Positions 41,959 through 49,635 of a DNA stretch of 55,950 nucleotides are shown in pieces. Numbering within the stretch: position 1 is the first letter of the stretch; the number at the start of each line of letters is the position of its first letter. A program made the position numbers and the translations under genes. The stretch spans positions 1-55,950 of the forward strand of contig JBGFRI010000020.1 of NCBI GenBank assembly GCA_041695225.1, written 5' to 3'. Under the pieces are notes generated by a model. The model did not search any database. It was not told the origin of the DNA and was given only the letters and a program-made list of their open reading frames with translations. The stretch comes from Deinococcota bacterium. Its GTDB lineage: Bacteria > Deinococcota > Deinococci > Deinococcales > Thermaceae.

Positions 41959-42816
41959 TCATCGCACGCTCCAGCTACGCCAGGTCAGGGCAACAAAGAT
42001 GACCAGAAAGAACACTGCCTCGGCCCAGCCCCCGCCCCCCGGCACATAGGTGCTCACAAACGCCTCGGCCAGGGCCAGAATGACCGCTGCCGGAACCACC
42101 CCTCGCAGGTTTCCCAGTCCGGCCATCACGATGATGGCGAAGGCTTTGAGTTTGAAGGTAAAACCCACCAGGGGCGAGGCATGCAGCATTACTGAGAGCA
42201 TCACCCCAGCAATTCCGGCCAGGGCTGCCGAAAGGGCAAAGGCCAGCAGGTAGATCTGTTGGGTCTCGATACCCAGCAGGCCCGGCGCCAGGCGGTTCTG
42301 GGCCACAGCCCGCACCGCAAACCCCAGCCGGGTTCTGCCCAGGAACCAGTACAGCGCACCCAGCAAGGCCACCGACAATAAAAAAGCCGCAAAGGGCGGA
42401 ACCCCAAACGAAAGCCCCCCAAGTGCAATGCTGGCGCCCTGATAACCGGTCGAGACCACCCGCGTATCCGGGCCAAACACCAGTAAAGCCAGGTTCTGCA
42501 GGGTTATCGCGATGCCGAAGGTCAAAAGCATCTGGTTGAGATGTGGGGCTGCCAGCACCGGGCGGATAAGGCCATGGTAAGTGATGGCGCCAACCAGAAA
42601 GAGCACCAGGGCGGCCAGACCCAAAGAGATTACGGGGTCAATGCCCGCACTGACAAATAGCAGGTAGGAGATAAAAGCGCCGATCATGGTGAACTCGCCG
42701 TGGGCAAAATTGACTATGCCCACCACGCCTACCGCCAGGGCCAGCCCGCTGGCCACCAGGGCATAAATTCCGGCGGCCAGTATGCCGTTGATGAAGGTTT
42801 GCAGGAGTAGTTCCAT
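41959..42816 (-). CDS. LIV-type ABC permease (LivH-like)
   Basis: YALVASGL, NFAHGE, RAVAQN, KAF..GLG. Confidence 0.92.
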   Translation of the reverse strand: MELLLQTFINGILAAGIYALVASGLALAVGVVGIVNFAHGEFTMIGAFISYLLFVSAGIDPVISLGLAALVLFLVGAITYHGLIRPVLAAPHLNQMLLTFGIAITLQNLALLVFGPDTRVVSTGYQGASIALGGLSFGVPPFAAFLLSVALLGALYWFLGRTRLGFAVRAVAQNRLAPGLLGIETQQIYLLAFALSAALAGIAGVMLSVMLHASPLVGFTFKLKAFAIIVMAGLGNLRGVVPAAVILALAEAFVSTYVPGGGGWAEAVFFLVIFVALTWRSWSVR

Positions 42817-42823
42817 AGGATCT

Positions 42824-42919
42824 GCCTATAGCCGATAGCTGAAGGATTTGCCGATGGCCGATAGCTTATAGCCCATAGCTTTTTATCTTCTGCTATAAGC
42901 CATAGGCTATTGGCTATTG
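42824..42919. repeat. Heptamer hairpin with loop TTTTATCTT (same family as 34733, inverted)
   Basis: GCCGATG GCCGATA GCTTATA GCCCATA GC TTTTTATCTTCT GCTATAA GCCATAG GCTATTG. Confidence 0.85.
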
Positions 42920-42930
42920 ACAGAAGCCCG

Positions 42931-44094
42931 TTAGTAGCTTCCGGGGAAACGCAGTGGCCGCGCTGCGCGGTTGAGCGGAAAAACCGGACGGCGCGAGCCT
43001 TCCAGATACTGGAAGTGAAACCAGATGCTCTGGTTAAAGCCCTGGAACCTGGTCAAGCCGGTATCGGAAGGCCCAAAGGAGAGTGGGCCGAAAGGGGTGT
43101 CCATCCGCACCCTGGCCAGCTCGGCGGCGATACGATCCTTATCGGCGGAATTGGCAGCCTCGATCGCACGGCCCAGGCTCAGGGCAATCACATAGCCCAT
43201 GGGGGCCATGTATTCATCGGTAACCTCGCCAAACTTGCGGCGGTAGTCAGCCACAAAACGGCGGCTCGCGGCGTTGTTCACGGTGGAGAGCCAGGCCGTC
43301 ATGCCTACAACGTCGTTGGAGAGTCGGTTCCGCTCGAATCCCAGTGGCCAGGCCGGGGGTGCGCCGTAAATCAGCTTGGGCTCGAGGCCCACCTCGCGGG
43401 TCTGGGCGGCGATAGGCAGGGCGTCTACATCGAAGCCAATCCAGTACAGGATGTCCGGGCGGAAGGCTCTGAAACGCGACAGGATGGCGGTAAAGCTGCC
43501 CGAGCCCGATCTGAAGCGTTCAGCCTGTACGGTGAAGCCCATGTCCTGTAGCCGCTGGCGGTAGGTTTGAATGCCAAAAGAACCAAACGGCCCGTCCTCG
43601 TACAAAATCGCTACCCGGCGTGCGCCTGAGACATGAAGGTGCTGGAAGAATTCCAGGGCAGCCGCCACGTTGTGGTAGTCCCAGGGGTGATAATGGAAGA
43701 AGCGGCCATAGTCGCTAAAGGCCTGTTCTACCACGCTGCTGGCCGCGCCAACAGCTAGGAATAATGGTTCAAAACGCTTGACTGGGCCAGAAAGGGCAAA
43801 GGCCACGGCCGAGGTCAACCCGCCGATCACGATGTCTACCCGGTCTACCGTCATCAGGCGGGTGAAAGCCGGAATAGCGGTAGCAGGCGCGTTTCCATCG
43901 TCCACCACGACCAGCTCAATCCGGACCCGGCCCCCCGCATTCACCTGCTCCACACCAAGCTGCACCCCGTTGAGCGCCGCCCGGCCCGCTACCGTATTGA
44001 TGGGCAAGAGTACCCCTACCCGCACCGTGGTCTGGGCCAGCGCAAGGCCGCCCAGGACCAGGACTACCAAAAGCACTACCAGAACTTTTCTCAT
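42931..44094 (-). CDS. LIV-type ABC substrate-binding protein
   Basis: Signal peptide, VRVGVLLP, IELVVVDD, TPFGPLSF. Confidence 0.9.
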   Translation of the reverse strand: MRKVLVVLLVVLVLGGLALAQTTVRVGVLLPINTVAGRAALNGVQLGVEQVNAGGRVRIELVVVDDGNAPATAIPAFTRLMTVDRVDIVIGGLTSAVAFALSGPVKRFEPLFLAVGAASSVVEQAFSDYGRFFHYHPWDYHNVAAALEFFQHLHVSGARRVAILYEDGPFGSFGIQTYRQRLQDMGFTVQAERFRSGSGSFTAILSRFRAFRPDILYWIGFDVDALPIAAQTREVGLEPKLIYGAPPAWPLGFERNRLSNDVVGMTAWLSTVNNAASRRFVADYRRKFGEVTDEYMAPMGYVIALSLGRAIEAANSADKDRIAAELARVRMDTPFGPLSFGPSDTGLTRFQGFNQSIWFHFQYLEGSRRPVFPLNRAARPLRFPGSY

Positions 44095-44121
44095 TCCTTA
44101 CCTCCTACGAACCAAACTTTC

Positions 44122-44309
44122 AGCCACCCCTTTCCCCCTCGATGGGGGAAAGGGGTCGGGGGATTGGGGGTGTACAGACAGGCCGCCAGCAACCATCCCT
44201 GCTGCCCGAGGTTGGGGAAGGTGCCGGTGGATTGGGGGCGTATACCCAGGCCACTAGCGACCACCATTGCTGCCCGGGATGGGGGAAAGGGGCCGGCGAA
44301 CTGGGGGCG
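44122..44309. repeat. Three ~68-bp tandem REP-like units
   Basis: CCCCTTTCCCCCTCGATGGGGGAAAGGGG..GGATTGGGGG and two diverged copies. Confidence 0.8.
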
Positions 44310-44323
44310 CAAAACCACAACCA

Positions 44324-44728
44324 CTACACCACCTCCTGGTACAAAACCGTGGCCTCGCCAGTAATGACCTGCTCGCCACGCTGGTTGGTGCAGACCGTCT
44401 CCAGGGTCAGGATGGGCTTGTCGGGGCGAATGGCGGTTACCGTTATGGTGGCGGTGATGGTATCGCCAATAAAGGTGGGCTTCACAAACCTGAGGTTCTG
44501 CCCCAGGTAGACCGCACCCACCCCCGGCAACCGGGTTCCGATGGCCGTCGAGATTAACCCCGCTACCAGGATGCCCTGGGCGACTCGCTGGCCAAAACGG
44601 CTCTTCCTGGCAAACTCCGCGTCCACATGCAAGGGGTTGGTATCTCCGACCGCGCCAATAAACTGTGCGATCTGGGCTTCGCCGATGGTCTGGCTGTAGC
44701 TGGCCGAGTCGCCGACTTTGAACTTCAT
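44324..44728 (-). CDS. MaoC/PhaJ-like (R)-specific enoyl-CoA hydratase
   Basis: GDTNPLHVD..A..SRFG, LPG.G.VYLGQ.LRF.KP..IGD. Confidence 0.92.
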   Translation of the reverse strand: MKFKVGDSASYSQTIGEAQIAQFIGAVGDTNPLHVDAEFARKSRFGQRVAQGILVAGLISTAIGTRLPGVGAVYLGQNLRFVKPTFIGDTITATITVTAIRPDKPILTLETVCTNQRGEQVITGEATVLYQEVV

Positions 44729-45537
44729 GCTCTCACCTCCAGAAACTGTTCAATTTCTTGCAGCACAAGGGCGGTGTTCTCCAGGGCAGCCAGATGCCCC
44801 AGTCTGGGCAACACCCGGTGTACGGCCCCGGGTATAGCCTCCGCTATCTCCTGGCTGTAGCAAGGTGGGAAAAGGAGATCCTGCTCAGCACAAAGCACCA
44901 GGGTGGGCGCCTTGATGCGGGCAAGCTGGGGCCGCAGGTCGCCCAGATTGAGGAGGCCAGCCATCAGGTTTTGCTGGGCTTCCACCGTGGGGGCCATGGT
45001 TACCATCTCATCCAGCCATGCGGGGGTGTTAATTTCGGGATGGGTCTCTAAAAAAGCCCGACCCCAGATCCAGGGCAGGGCAGTCTGCAGGCGTCCTCTG
45101 GTTCCGCCGCAGTCCAGCGCCCACTGCCAGCTTTCCAGCTTCGCCCGAATTAAAGGGTCAACTCGAGGCGTGGTGCAGAGCAGAATTAGCTTCTGCAGGC
45201 CTTTGGGCAGTCTGGTGGCGTGAATTTGAGCCACAATGCCTCCGTTGGAAAGCCCCACCAGGTGGTAGCCTTCAATACCCAGGGCTTGCAAGAGAATCTG
45301 TAAATCATCGGCGTGGAGCTCGGGTGTATACGCACCTTCGGGTACTGCGCTCTGACCCTGCCCCCGCATGTCGTAGCGCAAAACCCTGAAGCCTTGCAGG
45401 TAGGGCATCAGCGGCGCCCAGGCCTCGGTGCGCTGAAAGATGCCGTTGAGCAGAACCAGCGCCGGACTGCCCCCAGATGCGGCAGTACCGTCTAGCTGGT
45501 AGTACAGTTCGGCTCCGTTGATGCGAATTCTAGGCAT
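44725..45537 (-). CDS. Alpha/beta hydrolase (PcaD-like)
   Basis: YDMRGQG, GLSNGG nucleophile elbow, D and GH. Confidence 0.9.
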   Translation of the reverse strand: MPRIRINGAELYYQLDGTAASGGSPALVLLNGIFQRTEAWAPLMPYLQGFRVLRYDMRGQGQSAVPEGAYTPELHADDLQILLQALGIEGYHLVGLSNGGIVAQIHATRLPKGLQKLILLCTTPRVDPLIRAKLESWQWALDCGGTRGRLQTALPWIWGRAFLETHPEINTPAWLDEMVTMAPTVEAQQNLMAGLLNLGDLRPQLARIKAPTLVLCAEQDLLFPPCYSQEIAEAIPGAVHRVLPRLGHLAALENTALVLQEIEQFLEVRA

Positions 45538-47002
45538 GCTGCCTCCTGAAACGCGCTACCAGCTCGGTTTTGAGGATTTTGCCGGGGCCGCTTTTGGGCA
45601 GTTCGGAGGTGAAGAAAAAGTGCTTGGGAACCTTGTAGGCCGCTATCCGGCTTCTCAGGAAGCTGCGGATTTCCTCTTCGCTGACCGGGCTATTTAGTAC
45701 GATGGCCGCCATGCCGACCTCGCCCCACCTGGCATCGGGCACCCCTACCACGCTGCATTCCAGCACCGCCGGGTGATCGTAAAGGGCGCGTTCTATCTCG
45801 ATGGGGTAGACATTCTCTCCGCCGGAAATGAACATCTCTTTGGCCCGCCCCACAATGTAATAGCGCCCAGCCTGGTCGCGCTGAGCCAGGTCGCCAGTAC
45901 GTAGCCAGGCCCGGCCTTCATGCTCCACCAGCGCCTCGGCGGTATCCGCGGGACGCTGGTAGTAACCCGACATGACAACCGGCCCTCCCAGCCACAGCTC
46001 GCCAGTTTGTTGAGTCTGGCGACCATGGGGATCGGTCAGCCTGGCCCACAGGTGGGGCATGGGGCGGCCTACCGACTCGGGGAACTGCTCGGCTTCGTCT
46101 AAGTCCAGCGTGAAGCAGTTCACGCCGCACTCGGTAAGGCCATAACCCTGCTTGAAGCGAACCTGTTTGGCCTCGAAAGCCTGCCTCACCGGGGCAGGGC
46201 AGGGGGCGCCGCCCGAGATGGCCCAGCGCACATGCTGGAGTTCGGCCGCGGCGAAATCGGGGTGCTGGGCCAGCATCTGGTACATGGTGGGCACCAGGAA
46301 GAGCAGGCTCACCCGGTGAAGGGCGGCCCAGCGGAGGTACTCGGCAGGATCGAATTTTTCCTGGATGATCACGCTGGCGCCCTGGTAGAGCAGCGGGGTA
46401 GACAGGGCGTTGAGGGCCGCGTGGAACATGGGAGTCGAGACGATGTAGCGATCCTGAGGGCACAGGCCCCAGCTCATGCAGGTCTGGAAGGCATTGGTCA
46501 GTAGCTGGCGGTAGGGGATCTGGACTCCTTTGGGCAGCCCGGTAGTGCCGCCGGTGAACAGGATCAGTGCGGTGTCCTGAAGTTTAGGCTGATACGCCGT
46601 AAGCTGGCCAGCCGGAAGGGTCTGCAAGGTCTCGAGCCCCAGTGCGCGCGAGTGCAGCCTCTGGGCCAGCCCAGCAAAATCCCGCCCATAGAAGAGCGCT
46701 TTTGGGCTGGTGTACTGGACCAGTTCCTGCAACTCGGCCTCGGTCAGGCGATGGTTGAACAGGGTGGGGATGAACCCCAGCAGCGGCGCGGCAAAGTAAA
46801 GCTCGAGGTAGCCCAGATGATTGAGGCTCAAAACCCCCACCCGGTCTCCTTTCTGGACACCCAGGCCCGCCAGCGACCGGGCAGCCCTAACCGCACGCTG
46901 GTAGAGCTCGGCATAGCTCACCCAGTGCCCACGCCAGAGCACCGCTGGCCGGTCTGGGTGGTACTCGGCCAGTCGGGACAGCCAGTTGGCGTTTAGCTCC
47001 AC
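45530..47002 (-). CDS. Acyl-CoA synthetase (AMP-forming)
   Basis: FTGGTTGLPKG, QGYGLTE, TGD, ISGGENVYP, PKSGPGK. Confidence 0.94.
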   Translation of the reverse strand: MELNANWLSRLAEYHPDRPAVLWRGHWVSYAELYQRAVRAARSLAGLGVQKGDRVGVLSLNHLGYLELYFAAPLLGFIPTLFNHRLTEAELQELVQYTSPKALFYGRDFAGLAQRLHSRALGLETLQTLPAGQLTAYQPKLQDTALILFTGGTTGLPKGVQIPYRQLLTNAFQTCMSWGLCPQDRYIVSTPMFHAALNALSTPLLYQGASVIIQEKFDPAEYLRWAALHRVSLLFLVPTMYQMLAQHPDFAAAELQHVRWAISGGAPCPAPVRQAFEAKQVRFKQGYGLTECGVNCFTLDLDEAEQFPESVGRPMPHLWARLTDPHGRQTQQTGELWLGGPVVMSGYYQRPADTAEALVEHEGRAWLRTGDLAQRDQAGRYYIVGRAKEMFISGGENVYPIEIERALYDHPAVLECSVVGVPDARWGEVGMAAIVLNSPVSEEEIRSFLRSRIAAYKVPKHFFFTSELPKSGPGKILKTELVARFRRQHA

Positions 47003-48015
47003 GCGCCCTCCGTCTGGTCTTCTTCCCAGCGCAAAACCGCGGCGCCCCAGTGATAACCCACCCCTGCCGCGGCCAGCGCCAGGATGCTGCCGGGGCCAAT
47101 TTTGCCGGACTGTTTTGCCAGTTGTAGCGAGAGGATGGGGTCAATCTGGCCTAAGTGCCCGTAATCGCACAGATAAATCGAGCGGCCTTCCGAGAGTCCC
47201 AGACCCTCCAGGACCGCCTGGTGGGCCGATGGCTTCATATGCAGCAGGGCCAGATAATCCAGGTCGGCAGGGGTGTAGCCGGCCTGCTCCAGGGCTCCGA
47301 CGATGACCTCCATAAAACCTGGTAGCGAGACCGCTTCCAGCCGCGATCTCATCAATTCCGGCTCAACCACGCAGAGCCTGTACTGCTCAGCGTTGCTCTG
47401 GTTGAGCGGGGCTACCGTGCCCCCCACCGGAACCCGCACCGCGTTGGCCAAGGCGGGGTCGGTTTTGAGTCTGCTGGACAGCAGCTTAAGGCCTGGCCCG
47501 GTGCGGGTTACCACCGCTGCACCCCCGCCCGCTGCCAGGTTGAACATGAAGCGCACCGCCGGGTCCTGGTAGTCAATCAGGTCGCCGTTGCGGTAACCGC
47601 CGGCAATCAGAATCGTTTGCACTTCGGGGCGGCTGGCCAAGAGGCCCTCGGCTACTGTCAGGGCGGTCACGAAACTGGCGCACTTCTGGTTGAGGTCAAA
47701 GCACCAGGCCCGGTGGGCCTCTAGCAACTGGGCCATAAGCGGGGCGCTGGTCCAGACCGGGTAGTCTTTGTGTTCGTCGGTGATGCTGATAACCACATCA
47801 ATGGCCGAGCCTTGCAGGACTGCATCGGCCAGGGCCTGTCTTGCCGCCCAGCCTCCCATGCGGGCTGGATGATCCTCGGCACCGGCCACCGGCTTCTGAT
47901 AAATGCCCAGCTTGTCCCGCACCACCCATTCCGGCAGCCCGCTGGCCGCAGCAATCTCGCCGCTGGTCATGCGCGGTACAGGCAGATAGACTCCCAGGCC
48001 CCGAAGGTATGCCAT
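46993..48015 (-). CDS. 3-oxoacyl-ACP synthase III (FabH)-like protein with Cys-His-His triad
   Basis: GVYLP, NQKCAS, LLHMK, DYGHLG, AGVGYHWGA. Confidence 0.88.
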   Translation of the reverse strand: MAYLRGLGVYLPVPRMTSGEIAAASGLPEWVVRDKLGIYQKPVAGAEDHPARMGGWAARQALADAVLQGSAIDVVISITDEHKDYPVWTSAPLMAQLLEAHRAWCFDLNQKCASFVTALTVAEGLLASRPEVQTILIAGGYRNGDLIDYQDPAVRFMFNLAAGGGAAVVTRTGPGLKLLSSRLKTDPALANAVRVPVGGTVAPLNQSNAEQYRLCVVEPELMRSRLEAVSLPGFMEVIVGALEQAGYTPADLDYLALLHMKPSAHQAVLEGLGLSEGRSIYLCDYGHLGQIDPILSLQLAKQSGKIGPGSILALAAAGVGYHWGAAVLRWEEDQTEGAWS

Positions 48016-48055
48016 CTCGAACCCCTAAACTTGATGCAGGAGAGTCTACCCCGGA

Positions 48056-48076
48056 GCTGTTACAACCCTGTTACAC
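48056..48076 (-). promoter_or_regulatory. Direct-repeat activator site upstream of the fabH-like operon
   Basis: TGTAACA-N4-TGTAACA, 9 nt upstream of TAGACT -10. Confidence 0.75.
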
Positions 48077-48165
48077 TACCAGCAGACTGCTGGATTGCTT
48101 TTATGAAGCGTCTCAAGTCTCAGGTCTTTTTGGCTTGCGACCTGCGAAACAGGCGCTAACGCGCC

Positions 48166-48249
48166 TGGTCGAAGGTCTGAAGACAAAGGTCGAAGGCCAG
48201 AACGCGAGGCCGTCGCAGACCTTAGACCTTGGACTTGCGACGATAGGAG
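48166..48249 (+). repeat. 84-bp dispersed heptamer-hairpin element, copy 2
   Basis: TGGTCGAAGGTCTGAAGACAAAGGTCGA...AGACCTTAGACCTT...GCGACGATAGGAG; further heptamer runs at 48109-48150 and 48253-48275. Confidence 0.9.
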
Positions 48250-48436
48250 CACTTGACCTTCGACCTGCGACATTTTTGCATGAAGCGTCAGCCCCCGCTT
48301 CATGCTCCAGGGTCCTTCGGGACGGATGGGCAACTCTTGACCTAGCTATCTCTGTCCACACGAATCCGACCCGGCTTCGGCTGCTGGGCCGGCGCTGGGC
48401 TCGAGGGGGGTCTGCTGCGACTTTTTTGGTCGGCCG

Positions 48437-49501
48437 CTAAACCGAGTTCAGGTGAGCGTGGAAGAGCGGGTCAAATAGGTCGGGCCTTTCCAAGTGGGGC
48501 GAGTGGCCGGTGTCAACAATAACTTCTTCGCGGTAGTGGCCCCCGCTAGCGGCATACTGTTCCAGTAGGTAGCGGGTCTGGGCTACCATCGGCTGTGGGG
48601 GGTGGACCTCGTCGCCGGGCCAGCCAGGAACTAGCCCCAGCCTGCCCAGGGTGCCCAGGTTGAACAGGCTCAGATCGCTCACAATCTGATCGTCGGCGCC
48701 GCGCACCCAGAGGATGGGGGGCTTGGCCGGGGCGCTGAGCATCTGCTGCACCCCCTCGCCGAGGTACTTGGGTGAGAGGGCGTTGGCCGGGCCCCATCGG
48801 CCGGGGGCTAGACCGGGCCAGTTGGGGGAGGGCTCTTGGTCGCCGGGATACTTATCCGGCCCGATTTTTTGCGACAGCAGGCCCGAAAGCAGGGCTTCTT
48901 CGCGGGGGTGCCGGAAGGGCGGCTTCCAGTAGAAGCTGTTCATCACCGTTCGGGGGGAGGCCTGGTGCTCGGTGCCGCGATATCCTTCGGCAATCAGCCT
49001 GGCGAAATCGGGGTTGACGATGCCTGCCCCTGAACCGGCGTAATCCGGGGCGCAGGGGGTGCCTTGGAGGTCCCTGGTGCCGCCAAAGCCAAAGGGCGAG
49101 CCCGGCGCAACTAGCGTGGCGGTGTAGATGCGTTCGGGAGCGGCTGCCAGCATGGCCCAGATCACGCTGCCGCCCAGCGAGTGACCGGCCAGATGAAAGC
49201 TGTCATGGCCCATCAGATCCATCAGGTCCAGCAGGTCCTCTACCCAGTCCAGGCAGCCGCGGGTGGCATCAACCAGTCTGTCCTCGGTGTCGCCGTAGCC
49301 GCGCAGATCGGGTGCGATGCTGCGAAAACCCGCGGGCAGGGCCAGCATGGTCTCTTCCCAGAAGGTGTTGCTGCTGGCATTGCCATGAATCAGCAGCACC
49401 GGTACGCCGCCCTCTGGCCCCCGCTGCAAGACGTGCATCTGCAGGCGGGGGGTTTGAATCATGCTGGACTTCAGGCCGGGTAAATTCGGAATTGAACCCA
49501 T
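48437..49501 (-). CDS. Alpha/beta hydrolase (esterase/depolymerase-like)
   Basis: LIHGN, PDLRGYG, GHSLGG, D, GHSPH. Confidence 0.9.
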   Translation of the reverse strand: MGSIPNLPGLKSSMIQTPRLQMHVLQRGPEGGVPVLLIHGNASSNTFWEETMLALPAGFRSIAPDLRGYGDTEDRLVDATRGCLDWVEDLLDLMDLMGHDSFHLAGHSLGGSVIWAMLAAAPERIYTATLVAPGSPFGFGGTRDLQGTPCAPDYAGSGAGIVNPDFARLIAEGYRGTEHQASPRTVMNSFYWKPPFRHPREEALLSGLLSQKIGPDKYPGDQEPSPNWPGLAPGRWGPANALSPKYLGEGVQQMLSAPAKPPILWVRGADDQIVSDLSLFNLGTLGRLGLVPGWPGDEVHPPQPMVAQTRYLLEQYAASGGHYREEVIVDTGHSPHLERPDLFDPLFHAHLNSV

Positions 49502-49543
49502 AGCAAAAGCCTCCAGTTCGGGGATGTCCGACGATACTTCCTG

Positions 49544-49564
49544 GCTGTTACAAACCTGCTACAC
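49544..49564 (-). promoter_or_regulatory. Second direct-repeat activator site, upstream of the hydrolase
   Basis: TGTAGCA-N4-TGTAACA, 9 nt upstream of TATCGT; 19/21 identical to 48056-48076. Confidence 0.72.
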
Positions 49565-49635
49565 CGGGCCCAAAGAACGCAGGGCGCGCCCGGTTACGTA
49601 GCTAAAGAACAGGAGGGTAGCCCAACATCGGTGTG

